The translations under genes and the position numbers were made by a program. The notes below the pieces were generated by a model. That model was not told the origin of the DNA. It saw only the letters and a program-made list of their open reading frames with translations, and searched no databases. From contig CAZNUA010000003.1 of assembly GCA_964576115.1 (NCBI GenBank), positions 79,116 to 136,009 on the forward strand: DNA of 56,894 bases, written 5' to 3'. The first letter of the stretch is position 1, and each line of letters opens with the position of its first letter. Shown here piece after piece: positions 1 through 9,711 of this stretch. Origin of the DNA: an uncultured Gemmatimonadota bacterium. Its GTDB lineage: Bacteria; Blakebacterota; Blakebacteria; Blakebacterales; Blakebacteraceae.

Positions 1-787
1 CCCGCATCGGGGCGGTGCACCCCTCCAGGTAGCTCACGTAAGCGCCCTCGTCGGCAATGATGAGGGTGCGTTCGAACTGGCCCGTCTTCGAGGCGTTGAT
101 GCGGAAATAGGTCGAGAGTTCCATCGGGCAGCGCACGCCGGGCGGTACGTAGACGAAAGATCCGTCGCTGAACACGGCCGAGTTCAGAGCCGCGAAGTAG
201 TTGTCCTGATACGGCACGATCGTGCCGAGGTACTCCCGCACCAGGTCGGGATGTTCCTGCACCGCGTCGGAGAAGGCGCAGAAGATGATTCCCTCTTCGG
301 CCAGCTTCTCCTTGAAGGTCGTGGCCACCGAGACCGAATCGAAGACGGCGTCGACGGCCACCCCCAGCAGTTTCTTCTGTTCGGTCAGGGGGATGCCGAG
401 CCGGTCGTAGGTCTTGAGAATCTCGGGATCGACCTCGTCGAGGCTCCGGGGGGCATTGTCCTCGATCGATTTCGGGGCCGAGTAGTAGCAGATGTCCTGA
501 TAGTCGATGGGGGGGATGCTCAGGTTGGCCCAGGTCGGCTGGATCATGGTCAGCCAGTGCCGGTAACTGGTCAGGCGCCACTCCAGCAGCCAGTCGGGCT
601 CGCGTTTCCGGGCCGAGATGTACCGGATGATATCCTCGTCCAGACCCGGCGGCGCGCGGTCCTCCTCGACCTCGGTCACGAAGCCCTCGCGGTACTTGCG
701 CTCCTCGAGCTTCCTGATCGTGTCTTCGGTCATCGCAGCGGCGGGTGGTTTCGCCCTGCTGTCACCGGGTGCTTTCGCGTCCGTCAT
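1..787 (-). CDS. sufB: Fe-S cluster assembly protein SufB (5' part; runs off the window start)
   Basis: Not in the ORF track. Manual minus-strand translation gives ...[54 protein letters not shown]... and [66 protein letters not shown], which are hallmark SufB motifs. Start is ATG 787 or in-frame ATG 733. Confidence 0.95.
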   Translation of the reverse strand, partial: MTDAKAPGDSRAKPPAAAMTEDTIRKLEERKYREGFVTEVEEDRAPPGLDEDIIRYISARKREPDWLLEWRLTSYRHWLTMIQPTWANLSIPPIDYQDICYYSAPKSIEDNAPRSLDEVDPEILKTYDRLGIPLTEQKKLLGVAVDAVFDSVSVATTFKEKLAEEGIIFCAFSDAVQEHPDLVREYLGTIVPYQDNYFAALNSAVFSDGSFVYVPPGVRCPMELSTYFRINASKTGQFERTLIIADEGAYVSYLEGCTAPMR

Positions 788-798
788 CGGGATTCCCC

Positions 799-828
799 AT
801 AAAATCGGACTAATTTCGTCGCGTTTAT
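799..828. promoter_or_regulatory. Rrf2/IscR-type operator upstream of sufB
   Basis: ATAAAATCGGACTAATTTCGTCGCGTTTAT: an AT-rich imperfect palindrome with ATAAA/TTTAT ends and a GAC-N7-GTC core, resembling the IscR type-1 consensus (ATASYYGACTRwwwYAGTCRRSTAT). It lies directly upstream of sufB. Confidence 0.65.
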
Positions 829-901
829 TGAACCTGTATGATACCCAACCGCTCCGCAGAGTCAAGATACACCGCCGACAGCGGTTTTCCGCCCGGTCTG
901 A

Positions 902-947
902 TTGTTACATCCCTGTCACACTTCCGACACACCGCCCCCCGTATCAT
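902..947 (+). promoter_or_regulatory. Pho box (three 11-bp direct repeats) plus -10 element for the porin gene
   Basis: TTGTTACATCC-CTGTCACACTT-CCGACACACCG (cores GTTACA 904, GTCACA 915, GACACA 926; 11-bp period), then TATCAT at 942-947, 10 bp after the last core. This matches PhoB-activated promoter geometry. Confidence 0.8.
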
Positions 948-1052
948 ACCACTGCTTGATTCGCTGGTCCTGTTGTACCGGAGCCGGGGCCCTACCGCAG
1001 AAGACGAATCCCGGACATTCCGGTCGCACTTTACAACCAAGGAGAACAGTTG

Positions 1053-2042
1053 ATGCGACGTCTGATCGCCATCCCCCTGGTGCTGTTGCTGGTCGTCATG
1101 GCGGCACCGGCCCGGGCTCAGGTTCAGGGCGGAGGCACCCTGAAGGGCAAGGCCTACTTCGACCTCTCCCTCGGTCTGACCGAGGATGTGAACAACGAGA
1201 TGTTCACTTACGGCTTCCGCCGCATTTACCTCACGTACAACCTCGAGATGAGCGAGAACATCACGGGCCGTTTCCGCACCGACGTGGAGCAGAAGACCGA
1301 CGGCTACTACCGGGTCTACATGAAGCACGCCTACGTGAACTGGAAAGCGGCCGATATGGTCAGCCTGCGCTTCGGCCAGCAGGGGACGATCCTCTTCGGC
1401 ACGATCGAAGACATCTGGGGCTACCGGCAGGTTCTCAAGACCCTGGAGGACAACTACAAGGTGCGCTCCTCGGCCGACTTCGGTATGTCGGCCAGGTTCT
1501 CGCTCACTGACATGATCACCGTCACGGCCATGCACTCCAACGGTAACGGGTACAACAAGTACGACGATACCGCCAGTTACGCCAAGGCCACCGAGCTGCA
1601 GGGCGTCATCACCCCGATCGACGGTCTGACCGTTACCGCCCACTACGGCATGGTCGGGTATGATCCCGACTCCGATCCCGACACCGACATCATCAACGCC
1701 AACACGATGGACGTCGGTGTCGGCTACGCCGGTGACGCCTTCAGCGTCGGCGGATCGTTCTTCTCGGCTGGCAACTGGGGCGGCACCGAGGATCTGAGCG
1801 CGAGCGGTTTCTGGGGTTTCGGTACTTTCGCGATCCCCAACTCGCCGCTCACCGCGGTGGCCACCTATCAGAGCTTCGATCCCGACGTCGATACCGATGA
1901 CGACACCCAGACCACCATGCTGATCGGTCTCGACTTCTCGCCGGGCTCGGGCCTGAGCATTATCCCGAACTACCTCTCGACCAAGTCGGGCACGGCCGAC
2001 CCGGTCGACACCTTCCGGATCACCTTTTACTGGAAGTGGTAG
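1053..2042 (+). CDS. Outer-membrane porin, probably phosphate-starvation-induced (OprO/OprP-like fold)
   Basis: Signal peptide (AAPARA|Q), FRRIYLTY...FRTD...YMKHAYVNW...LRFGQ motif, alternating beta-strand pattern and C-terminal aromatic (FYWKW). RBS AAGGAG at 1039-1044 and a Pho box upstream. Confidence 0.8.
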   Translation: MRRLIAIPLVLLLVVMAAPARAQVQGGGTLKGKAYFDLSLGLTEDVNNEMFTYGFRRIYLTYNLEMSENITGRFRTDVEQKTDGYYRVYMKHAYVNWKAADMVSLRFGQQGTILFGTIEDIWGYRQVLKTLEDNYKVRSSADFGMSARFSLTDMITVTAMHSNGNGYNKYDDTASYAKATELQGVITPIDGLTVTAHYGMVGYDPDSDPDTDIINANTMDVGVGYAGDAFSVGGSFFSAGNWGGTEDLSASGFWGFGTFAIPNSPLTAVATYQSFDPDVDTDDDTQTTMLIGLDFSPGSGLSIIPNYLSTKSGTADPVDTFRITFYWKW

Positions 2043-2178
2043 ACCGTCGGCAGGAGGGGAAGCACGGCAGCGCACCTGGTTGCGTAATGGCAGCGCAGTA
2101 ACAGAGGAACGGTCAGGCAGATGCTTCCGAGGCTGGAGCGGACCGCTCCAGACCGGAAGACAGGTAGGGCCTCAGCTG

Positions 2179-2278
2179 NNNNNNNNNNNNNNNNNNNNNN
2201 NNNNNNNNNNNNNNNNNNNNNNNNNNNNNNNNNNNNNNNNNNNNNNNNNNNNNNNNNNNNNNNNNNNNNNNNNNNNNN
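2179..2278. other. Assembly gap (100 N)
   Basis: Run of exactly 100 N. The PhoR HATPase domain that should follow the H-box is absent, so the real gap is probably longer than 100 bp. Confidence 0.95.
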
Positions 2279-3451
2279 CAGGGCGCCGTCGAGCAGGGTT
2301 TCGGCGTTGGCCCGGATGACACTGACCGGCGTGCGCAGTTCGTGCGAGACGTTGGCCAGGAAGTCGCGGCGCACCCGCTCGAGCCGGCGCAGTTCGGTCA
2401 CGTCCATCAGGACGACGACACAGCCGCCGTTCGCCTCGAGGGGGGTGGCCCGGGCCAGCAGGCGGCGGGTCGGTTCCAGTCCGACCTCGAACTCCCCGCT
2501 GGCCGGGATCCCGGCCAGCGCCTGCTGTACGATCTGTTCCAGGATCGGCGAGCGGACCGCCTCGAGCAGGGTGCTGCCGACAGGGGATTGCTCCAGGTCG
2601 AGCAGGGCCAGGGCCCGCCGGTTGACCATGGTGATCTGAGGGGCATCGTTGAGGGCGATGACGGCTTCGCTCATCCCCTCCAGCACGGCACTGATACGGT
2701 TGCGCTCATCTCGCAGGGTCATCACTGTATTCTGCAGCTCTTCGGCGATCTGGTTGAAACTCCCCGCCAGGGCGCCCAGTTCGTCGCGGGTGCGCGGCAG
2801 GATTCGCTGATAGGGTCGGCCGGCTGCAATGGCGCGGGCGCCCTCGGCGATCTCGATCAGGTAGCGTGAGGTGGATCGGGACTGCAGCCAGAAGAGCAGA
2901 AGGGCCGCCAGCAGAGCGATCACGGCCGCGGCACCCAGGATCCGGTGCAGGGTCGAGACGGCTTCATCGACTTCGACCAGGGGCCGGGCGACCCGTACGA
3001 TTCCCGTCAGATCCATACAGCTGAAGGTGGTGGCGACATAGAGCATGTCCCGGCCGAGGGTGGCGCTGTACCGCCGGGCTGTTCCCACCCTCCGGCTGAT
3101 CGCCTCGATGAACTCCGGACGGGAACGATGGTTCTCGAGATCGGCGACCTCGGCAGGGCTCAGATCGGAATCTCCGTAGACCACCCCCCGGTTGTCGATG
3201 ATCGTCACCCGGGCCGAGATCCGCCCCGCAATCGAATCGGCCAGGGCATCGCAGGCAGGGATCGATCGCTCGGGTTGATCCCGCTCGAGCATGAGACCGG
3301 AGAGATGTGCGAGGGCGGCGAGCTGCTGCTCGATCCGGGGTTCGATCCAGTGGCGCAGGCGGTTCTCGAGCCAGAGACCGCTGATGAGAACGACCACGAC
3401 GATCAGGACGAATGAGGAGAGAAGGTACTTCCGGCGGATCCCCATGCTCAC
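2279..3451 (-). CDS. phoR: Phosphate regulon sensor histidine kinase PhoR (3' end lost in the gap)
   Basis: TM-Cache(ENHRSRPEF)-TM-HAMP-PAS-HisKA (RRDFLANVSHELRTP); lies downstream of phoB in the pst operon. Confidence 0.9.
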
Positions 3452-3455
3452 CCGG

Positions 3456-4163
3456 TCATCCCTCCACTCTGGCTGTGAAGCGGTACCCGACCCCCCGCAC
3501 GGTCTCGATATACTCGCCGGCCGGTCCCAGTTTTTCCCGCAGCCGTTTCATGTGAGTGTCGACGGTGCGGGTCGTCACATCGGCCTCGATCCCCCAGACA
3601 TCGTCGAGCAGGAGCGTTCGGGTCTGAACGCGTCCGCGACGATCGAGCAGAACGGTCAGTAGGCGGAATTCCAGGGCGGTCAAGGTGACCTCGTTATCAT
3701 CGATCCAGACCCGGTAGCCGGCCGGGTCGATCCGGAGTCGACCGAAGGCGATCTCTTCAGGTTCGGCCCCGGGATCGTGCCGGCGGCGCAGCAGGGCCCG
3801 GACGCGAAGCATCAATTCGCGCATGCTGAAAGGCTTGACCAGGTAGTCATCGGCTCCGACCTCGAACCCGACGACTCGATCGATCTCGTCCCCTTTAGCT
3901 GTGAGCATAATGATGAGAATCTCCCGGGTCCGTTCGTCCTCGCGCAGGCGGCGGCAGATCTCGGTGCCGCTGATATCGGGGAGCATGAGATCGAGAAGCA
4001 CCAGATCGGGGGTCGGTTCTCGGAAGGCTTCGGCGAGGGCGTCGGTACCTGTCAGGGCCACCCGGGTCTGATAGCCGTTCTTCTGCAGGTTGTACTCCAG
4101 GGTGCTCGAGAGACCCTCTTCATCCTCGATGACGAGAACCAGTCCTGAAGCAGCATCGCTCAT
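3456..4163 (-). CDS. phoB: Phosphate regulon response regulator PhoB (OmpR family)
   Basis: Receiver (VIEDE, LLDLMLP, MLTAK, GADDYLVKPF) plus winged helix (TRTVDTHMKRLREKLG, IETVRGVGY). ATG 4163 overlaps the arsC stop (ATGA). Confidence 0.92.
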   Translation of the reverse strand: MSDAASGLVLVIEDEEGLSSTLEYNLQKNGYQTRVALTGTDALAEAFREPTPDLVLLDLMLPDISGTEICRRLREDERTREILIIMLTAKGDEIDRVVGFEVGADDYLVKPFSMRELMLRVRALLRRRHDPGAEPEEIAFGRLRIDPAGYRVWIDDNEVTLTALEFRLLTVLLDRRGRVQTRTLLLDDVWGIEADVTTRTVDTHMKRLREKLGPAGEYIETVRGVGYRFTARVEG

Positions 4164-4594
4164 GACGCGGGCTCCGGTGCGAGTTCGTCGAGCAGGTCGG
4201 AAATCAGGTCCCCGATCTGATCCCGAACCCGGCGGAACTCGTTCATGATCTCTGCTTCGGTTCCGGTGGCCCGGGCGGGATCCTCGAGCGGCCAGTGGAT
4301 CTTGCGCGTCCCAGGAGGAAGTATCGGACAATTCTCGTCGGCGTGTCCACAGACAGTCACGACCAGCTCCACCTGCAGCATCTCGTCGGTGACCACGGTC
4401 GATTCCTGCTCCGAGATGTCGATCCCGATCTCGGCCATGGCGGCGATGGCCCGGGAGTTCTTCCCGTGGGCCTCGATGCCGGCTGATGTGACCCGCACCC
4501 GGTCGCCCCCCAGGTGCCGGGCGAAACCTTCGGCCATCTGGGAGCGGCAGGAATTCCCGGTGCAGAGGAAGAGGATGTTCACCGGGCCTGTCAT
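4160..4594 (-). CDS. arsC: Arsenate reductase, thioredoxin-coupled (LMW-PTPase fold)
   Basis: P-loop CTGNSCRS, the two resolving cysteines in VCGHADENCP, and HWPLEDP. Confidence 0.92.
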   Translation of the reverse strand: MTGPVNILFLCTGNSCRSQMAEGFARHLGGDRVRVTSAGIEAHGKNSRAIAAMAEIGIDISEQESTVVTDEMLQVELVVTVCGHADENCPILPPGTRKIHWPLEDPARATGTEAEIMNEFRRVRDQIGDLISDLLDELAPEPAS

Positions 4595-5271
4595 GGACGG
4601 GGCCGCTCGCCGGCGTCGGGCTGGTGGCGGATCACTTCGCCGCTGACCATGAAGATCACCTCTTCGGCGATATTGGTGGCATGATCGCCGATCCGTTCCA
4701 GGTAGCGCGAGATCGAGAGGATCTGGATGACCTGATCGAGGCTTTCCGGTGTCTTGCGTATCAGGTTATGGAAGGTCTCGAAGAGACGGCGATGGGTGCT
4801 GTCGACAACGTCATCGGTGACGATCACATTGCGGGCTGTCGCCTCGTTCTGGTTCACGAGCGCGTCGAGGCTGCTGGTGACCATCTCACGGACGGTTCCG
4901 GCCATGTCGGTCAGCGCGTCGGGCAGGGTGATCCGGCTCGCCTGACCGGCCAGAAACAAGGCCCGCTCGGCGATGTTCGCGGCCAGGTCGGCGATCCGTT
5001 CCAGATCGTTGTTCACCATCATGACCGAGACGATGAATCGCAGGTCGCTGGCGACCGGCTGGTGCAGGGCCAGGACCTTCATGCACTCCTCGGCGATATC
5101 CACTTCCTTGCGGTCGATCTCGTCCTCACCAGCGAGAACCATTTTGGCCAGATCCGTATCACGGTTCACGAAAGCGGTGATGGCGTTGGATATCGCCTCT
5201 TCGGTCAGGCCGCCCATGGAGAGGATCTCGCGCTTGAGAAGGTCGAGATCTCTGAGAAGGTGCATCGTCAT
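4591..5271 (-). CDS. phoU: Phosphate signalling complex protein PhoU
   Basis: ALHQPVASDLR, NDLERIADLAANIA and RYLERIGDHATNIAE repeats. Confidence 0.95.
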   Translation of the reverse strand: MTMHLLRDLDLLKREILSMGGLTEEAISNAITAFVNRDTDLAKMVLAGEDEIDRKEVDIAEECMKVLALHQPVASDLRFIVSVMMVNNDLERIADLAANIAERALFLAGQASRITLPDALTDMAGTVREMVTSSLDALVNQNEATARNVIVTDDVVDSTHRRLFETFHNLIRKTPESLDQVIQILSISRYLERIGDHATNIAEEVIFMVSGEVIRHQPDAGERPRP

Positions 5272-5358
5272 GTCACAACTCCCCCGGTATGGTGACAGGG
5301 AAAAGGGCTCTCAGGACAGTCATTTCCATTCCTCCGGTGACCATGCCCGCCGCCTCGC

Positions 5359-6192
5359 TCATCCGAAACGGCCGGTGACATAGTCTTCGGTCTGCTTTTC
5401 GCGCGGGCGCGTGAAAACCTGGTCGGTACCGCCGAACTCGACCAGGAAGCCCTCGTAGAGAAAGGCGGTCAGATCAGAGACGCGGGCCGCCTGCTGCATG
5501 TTATGCGTCACGATGATGATGGTATAGGCTCCGCGCAGTTCGCCGATCAGGTCCTCGATCCGGGCGGTGGATTTGGGATCGAGGGCCGACGTGGGTTCGT
5601 CCATGAGCAGGATCTCGGGATCGACCGCCAGCGCCCGTGCGATGCAGAGCCGCTGTTGCTGTCCGCCTGACAGGCCGAGGGCATTGTCGTTGAGACGGTC
5701 CTTGACCTCATCCCAGACCGCAGCCCGCTGCAGGCTCCGCTCCACGATCTCATCGAGACGGCGCCTGTCGCGCAGACCGTGGATGCGGGGACCGTAGGCG
5801 ATGTTGTCATACACCGACTTCGGAAAGGGATTCGGCTTCTGGAAAACCATCCCCACCCGCCGGCGCAGCACGGTCACATCAATGTCATCGCCGTAGATGT
5901 CGTGATCATCGAAGAGGAGCCGGCCCTCGGTGTCCGCCCCCGGAATGAGATCGTTCATCCGGTTGATCGCGCGCAGGAACGTACTCTTTCCGCAACCGCT
6001 CGGACCGATGATGGCGGTCACCAGGCCGGTCGGGATCGAGAGAGTCACATCTGACACGGCGGCGTTGCCGCTGTAGAAGACCGAGAAATCCTCGGCCCGC
6101 ACGTGGGCGACGGCGTCACCGGCCAGCAGGTCATCGGCAAATGATCTCTCGACGATCGGGCGACGGGTCAGGATATCGGTGGCGGCGGTCAT
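5359..6192 (-). CDS. pstB: Phosphate ABC transporter ATP-binding protein
   Basis: [57 protein letters not shown]. Confidence 0.97.
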   Translation of the reverse strand: MTAATDILTRRPIVERSFADDLLAGDAVAHVRAEDFSVFYSGNAAVSDVTLSIPTGLVTAIIGPSGCGKSTFLRAINRMNDLIPGADTEGRLLFDDHDIYGDDIDVTVLRRRVGMVFQKPNPFPKSVYDNIAYGPRIHGLRDRRRLDEIVERSLQRAAVWDEVKDRLNDNALGLSGGQQQRLCIARALAVDPEILLMDEPTSALDPKSTARIEDLIGELRGAYTIIIVTHNMQQAARVSDLTAFLYEGFLVEFGGTDQVFTRPREKQTEDYVTGRFG

Positions 6193-6204
6193 GATTGCTC
6201 CTCG

Positions 6205-7551
6205 TTACCCGTTGAGTTTCTTCGCGATCCGGGCACGCAGAATGATGGCGGCCAGGTTCAGCGCCAGGACCAGCCCCACCAGGGCCAGCACCATCCCGAA
6301 CTGCACATGCCGGATCAGATCCACCGATTCATGCTCGGTGGCCAGATTGTAGATGTTCCAGGGCAGGGCCGGCGTAGGATTGGTCAGCGTTTCCGTGATG
6401 CTGAGCGGCAGCCCCACGCTCACAGCGGCGGTGAAGATGATCGGTGCGGTCTCTCCTGCGGCCCGCCCCATGCTGATCACGATACCGGTCAGGATTCCGG
6501 GCAGGGCGGCGGGTAGAACGACCGTGAGCACGGTCCACCATTTGCCCGCTCCAAGGCTGAGAGCGGCCTCCTTGTACGCCCGTGGAACGGCCAGGATGGC
6601 TTCCTCCGAAGCCCTGATCACGACCGGCAGGACCAGCAGACCGAGGGTGAGCGATCCGGCCAGAACGCTCTTGGAAGGGGAGACCTGGATGGTGTTGATG
6701 AAAAAGGCCAGCCCGAAGAGCCCGAAGACGATGCTCGGCACCCCCGCCAGGGTATTGATCGAGGTCCGGATGATGCTGATGATCGTTCCCTGTTTGGCGT
6801 ATTCGGTCAGATAAATGGCTGCGATCAGACCCATCGGCACCGCGAAAAGGAGGGCGCCGAGAGTCAGGTAAAACGTCCCCAGCAGCTCGGGCCAGATCCC
6901 CCCGAAAAAGTGGGCGTCCATCGAGACATCGAAGAGAAACCTCCAATAGAAAGTCAGGCGGGGTTGCAGCACGTCTTGCAGGTTTCCCTCGACGTAGGCG
7001 AAGAGGGGCTCGATCGGGGTCGAACGGAATTCGTCGATCCGGGGGGTGTAGTAGAGCCGCCCCATCGCTTCGGGATCGGAGTAGTCGTACTGCTCGACAT
7101 TCAGGATCCTGAATAGCGTGTCGTGAGCCTGGTCGATGCGGGTGTCGCCGTACTGATCGCGGATCAGGACCGGTTCGCGCTCGTCCGGGAAGGGACCGAG
7201 CAGCTGGTGCAGGTCCGCCTCGAGTTCGCTCCACGAGGTTCGGTACTCCATGCGGGCCGAGAAGCTCTGGGTGTCGAGCCAGGCCTCGAAGGCGGTCACC
7301 ATTTCGTAGACCGGACGGCGGGCGGCTTCGGCCAGATCGAGGTCGGCGGCAAGCCGTTCGGAACTGCCCCGTCCGTACTGCTCGTGCATGAGTTGGCGGT
7401 GTTCGATGGTGCCGCGGAAGAGATATGCCTCGAGCCCCTTGAGGATCATGGGGGCCAGGATGACCAGCAGGGAAGCCGCCAGAAGGCCGATCGAGACCAT
7501 CCCGAGACCCGAGAAAGAGCGGTCGAGAAGCCTGCGGATCTCACGGGTCAC
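6205..7551 (-). CDS. pstA: Phosphate ABC transporter permease PstA with a large N-terminal extramembrane insert
   Basis: GGIWPELLGT, LAGVPSIVFGLFG, EAA loop (YKEAALSLGA), GRAAGETAPII. Confidence 0.93.
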   Translation of the reverse strand: MTREIRRLLDRSFSGLGMVSIGLLAASLLVILAPMILKGLEAYLFRGTIEHRQLMHEQYGRGSSERLAADLDLAEAARRPVYEMVTAFEAWLDTQSFSARMEYRTSWSELEADLHQLLGPFPDEREPVLIRDQYGDTRIDQAHDTLFRILNVEQYDYSDPEAMGRLYYTPRIDEFRSTPIEPLFAYVEGNLQDVLQPRLTFYWRFLFDVSMDAHFFGGIWPELLGTFYLTLGALLFAVPMGLIAAIYLTEYAKQGTIISIIRTSINTLAGVPSIVFGLFGLAFFINTIQVSPSKSVLAGSLTLGLLVLPVVIRASEEAILAVPRAYKEAALSLGAGKWWTVLTVVLPAALPGILTGIVISMGRAAGETAPIIFTAAVSVGLPLSITETLTNPTPALPWNIYNLATEHESVDLIRHVQFGMVLALVGLVLALNLAAIILRARIAKKLNG

Positions 7552-7555
7552 GCTC

Positions 7556-8695
7556 CTACCCCCTCATCTTCCGCAGGCGCCTGGTCAGCTGCTCGCTCAC
7601 GAGGTTCATGATGAACGAGATCGCCAGCAGGGAAAGAGCCATCGCAAAGAGGACGGCGTAGCGGGCTGACCCGGTCACGTGATCGGCCTCGCCCATATCG
7701 CCGGCGATGGTGGCGGTCAGGGTCCGAACCGGTTCGAGGACATTGTAGAAGGGAGTGGGGATCTGGGAGGCGTTCCCCGAGGCCATCCAGACCACCATCG
7801 TCTCCCCCACGGCCCGCATGATTCCGAGGATCACAGCCGCCACGATACCGCTGGCTGCAGCCGGCAGGACAACCCGGAGCATCGTCTCGGCCCGCGTCGC
7901 CCCCATGGCATAAGAACCTTCGCGCAGGTCGCGTCCGACTGCCTGCAGGGCGTCTTCAGAGACGCTGACGATCGTCGGCACGGCCATGATCCCGAGGATG
8001 ATCGAGACGTTCAGGGCGTTTGTGCCGCTGGCGATCTCGATCCCGCCGAGCAGTTTTCCTGCCGACGCCAGCAACCAGAAGGACAGGCCGCCGAAAACCG
8101 CCAGGAACAGACCCAGGAACAGAGTCCGGTTCACTTCGGGCAGGCGGGTTGTCGCCAGACTGGCGGCGATATAGCTGGCCAGCCCGAGAACGGGCGTGCC
8201 GACGATCCAGAGGGCGACCGCCAGCAGATGCCCGCCCTGGTTCTGCAGCAGCGGCGCGAAGATCACCAGGGCGAAGAAGCCGTAGGCCACCGAGGGGATG
8301 GCCGCCAGGACCTCGATCACCGGCTTGATCATCTGCCGAAGTTCGAAACTGAGCACGTCGCTCAGACAGATCGCGGCCGAGATCCCGAGAGGCACCGCCA
8401 CCACGATTGCTCCCAGAGTCACCAGACCGGTGCCGACGAAAATGGCTGCTGAACCGAACTGCGCGGGTTCTTGCGTCGGGTACCAGGCGGTGGAGGTGAA
8501 AAACTCGGCGAACCCCTCGATCCGGAAGAAAGGGATCGCGTCGCGGGCGATGAAGAAGAAGATAAAGAGAACCGCAAAGACCGAACTCGACGTGATCAGG
8601 AGCAGGGCGCCCTCACCGAGCAGAGAGCCGAGCCGCCTGATGCGGCCGGCTCTCTTGCTCAGCAGAAGACCATGGTCGTGGACGGGATCCGGCAT
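7556..8695 (-). CDS. pstC: Phosphate ABC transporter permease PstC
   Basis: KPVIEVLAAIPSVAYG, SVSEDAL, REGSYAMGATR, RAVGETMVV. Confidence 0.95.
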   Translation of the reverse strand: MPDPVHDHGLLLSKRAGRIRRLGSLLGEGALLLITSSSVFAVLFIFFFIARDAIPFFRIEGFAEFFTSTAWYPTQEPAQFGSAAIFVGTGLVTLGAIVVAVPLGISAAICLSDVLSFELRQMIKPVIEVLAAIPSVAYGFFALVIFAPLLQNQGGHLLAVALWIVGTPVLGLASYIAASLATTRLPEVNRTLFLGLFLAVFGGLSFWLLASAGKLLGGIEIASGTNALNVSIILGIMAVPTIVSVSEDALQAVGRDLREGSYAMGATRAETMLRVVLPAAASGIVAAVILGIMRAVGETMVVWMASGNASQIPTPFYNVLEPVRTLTATIAGDMGEADHVTGSARYAVLFAMALSLLAISFIMNLVSEQLTRRLRKMRG

Positions 8696-8716
8696 CGCGT
8701 TCGGTCCCCGCCGGTC

Positions 8717-9574
8717 CTACCGGTAGGCCGTCACCGGGATAAAGCCGATCGCGGCGACGATCTCCTGGCCGGTCTCGGTCAGGTAGAGGGTCATGAAACG
8801 GTGCAGGGCCGACCCCAGTTCCGGGTACCCGTTCGTGAACATGAACAGGGGCCGCGCGATCGGATAGGCACCGGTTACGATCGTTTCGTTCGACGGCATG
8901 ATCCCTTCGACGGGCACGGCCTTGACGGTGCGGTCCACAAAACCCAGACCGACGTAGCCGATGGCGTTCTGGGTCGACTGGATCCGCTGGCGGATGGCGC
9001 CGTTGGAGCCGACGTATTCGGCGTTTCGGGCGATGGCGGCATCATCCATCACCAGACCTTCGAAGGTTTCGTAGGTTCCGCTGTTGGTGTCGCGGCTGAC
9101 CATGATGATGGGGCGGTTCGGACCGCCGACCTGGTTCCAGTTCGTGATCTCACCGGCGTAGATCCGGCGGATCTGCTCGATGGTCAGGTTCCGGACCGGA
9201 TTGCTGGGATGCACGATCATGGCGATGCCGTCCAGGGCGACCACGTGGGCGACCGGGGTGATGCCGGCTTCGACTGCCGCCGCGAACTCGGTGTCCTTCA
9301 TGAAGCGGGACATATCGGCCACGTCACAAGCACCGTTGATGAGACTCTTGGCGCCGTTGCCGCTGCCCGACTCGCTCACCGTGATGTTCACGCCGGGGTT
9401 CTCGCGCATGAAATGCTCGGCGAAGGCCTTGGCGATCGGGCCGACCGTTGTCGAACCGTCGATGACGATCTGGTTGGGATTCATCTGCGCCTCAGCGGTC
9501 GCCGGAGCGAGGATCAGCATGAGGCCGGCGGCCGTCAGGGTGCCGACCATGGATGCGACTGCACGTAACGTCAC
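8717..9574 (-). CDS. pstS: Phosphate-binding protein PstS
   Basis: Signal peptide, DGSTTVGP, ESGSGNG, SRDTNSGTYETF, YPIARPLFMFT. RBS GGAGG upstream. Confidence 0.95.
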   Translation of the reverse strand: MTLRAVASMVGTLTAAGLMLILAPATAEAQMNPNQIVIDGSTTVGPIAKAFAEHFMRENPGVNITVSESGSGNGAKSLINGACDVADMSRFMKDTEFAAAVEAGITPVAHVVALDGIAMIVHPSNPVRNLTIEQIRRIYAGEITNWNQVGGPNRPIIMVSRDTNSGTYETFEGLVMDDAAIARNAEYVGSNGAIRQRIQSTQNAIGYVGLGFVDRTVKAVPVEGIMPSNETIVTGAYPIARPLFMFTNGYPELGSALHRFMTLYLTETGQEIVAAIGFIPVTAYR

Positions 9575-9666
9575 GTGGATACCTCCGGTTGAGATTGAGT
9601 ACCGGGCAGGTGAAGGCGCCCCGGTGTTCTGCTACCATCTCCGGGACTCCCGGGGCCTCGACCTCA

Positions 9667-9711
9667 ACGGTAGGGGATGTTTGTGCCAGATTGGTGACAG
9701 GAGGGTGACAA
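9667..9711 (-). promoter_or_regulatory. Pho box (three 11-bp repeats) plus -10 for the pst operon
   Basis: Minus strand reads TTGTCACCCTC-CTGTCACCAAT-CTGGCAC, then 10 bp, then TACCGT (9672-9667). Same geometry as the porin Pho box. Confidence 0.85.

Noticed and set aside
2027-2178. PhoR C-terminus as translated through the N-gap in the ORF track
   Set aside because: The frame across a placeholder gap is meaningless and the peptide has no HATPase motifs.
5285-5345. Possible internal Pho box before phoU (CTGTCACCATA on the minus strand)
   Set aside because: A single half-site with no partner at 11-bp spacing.
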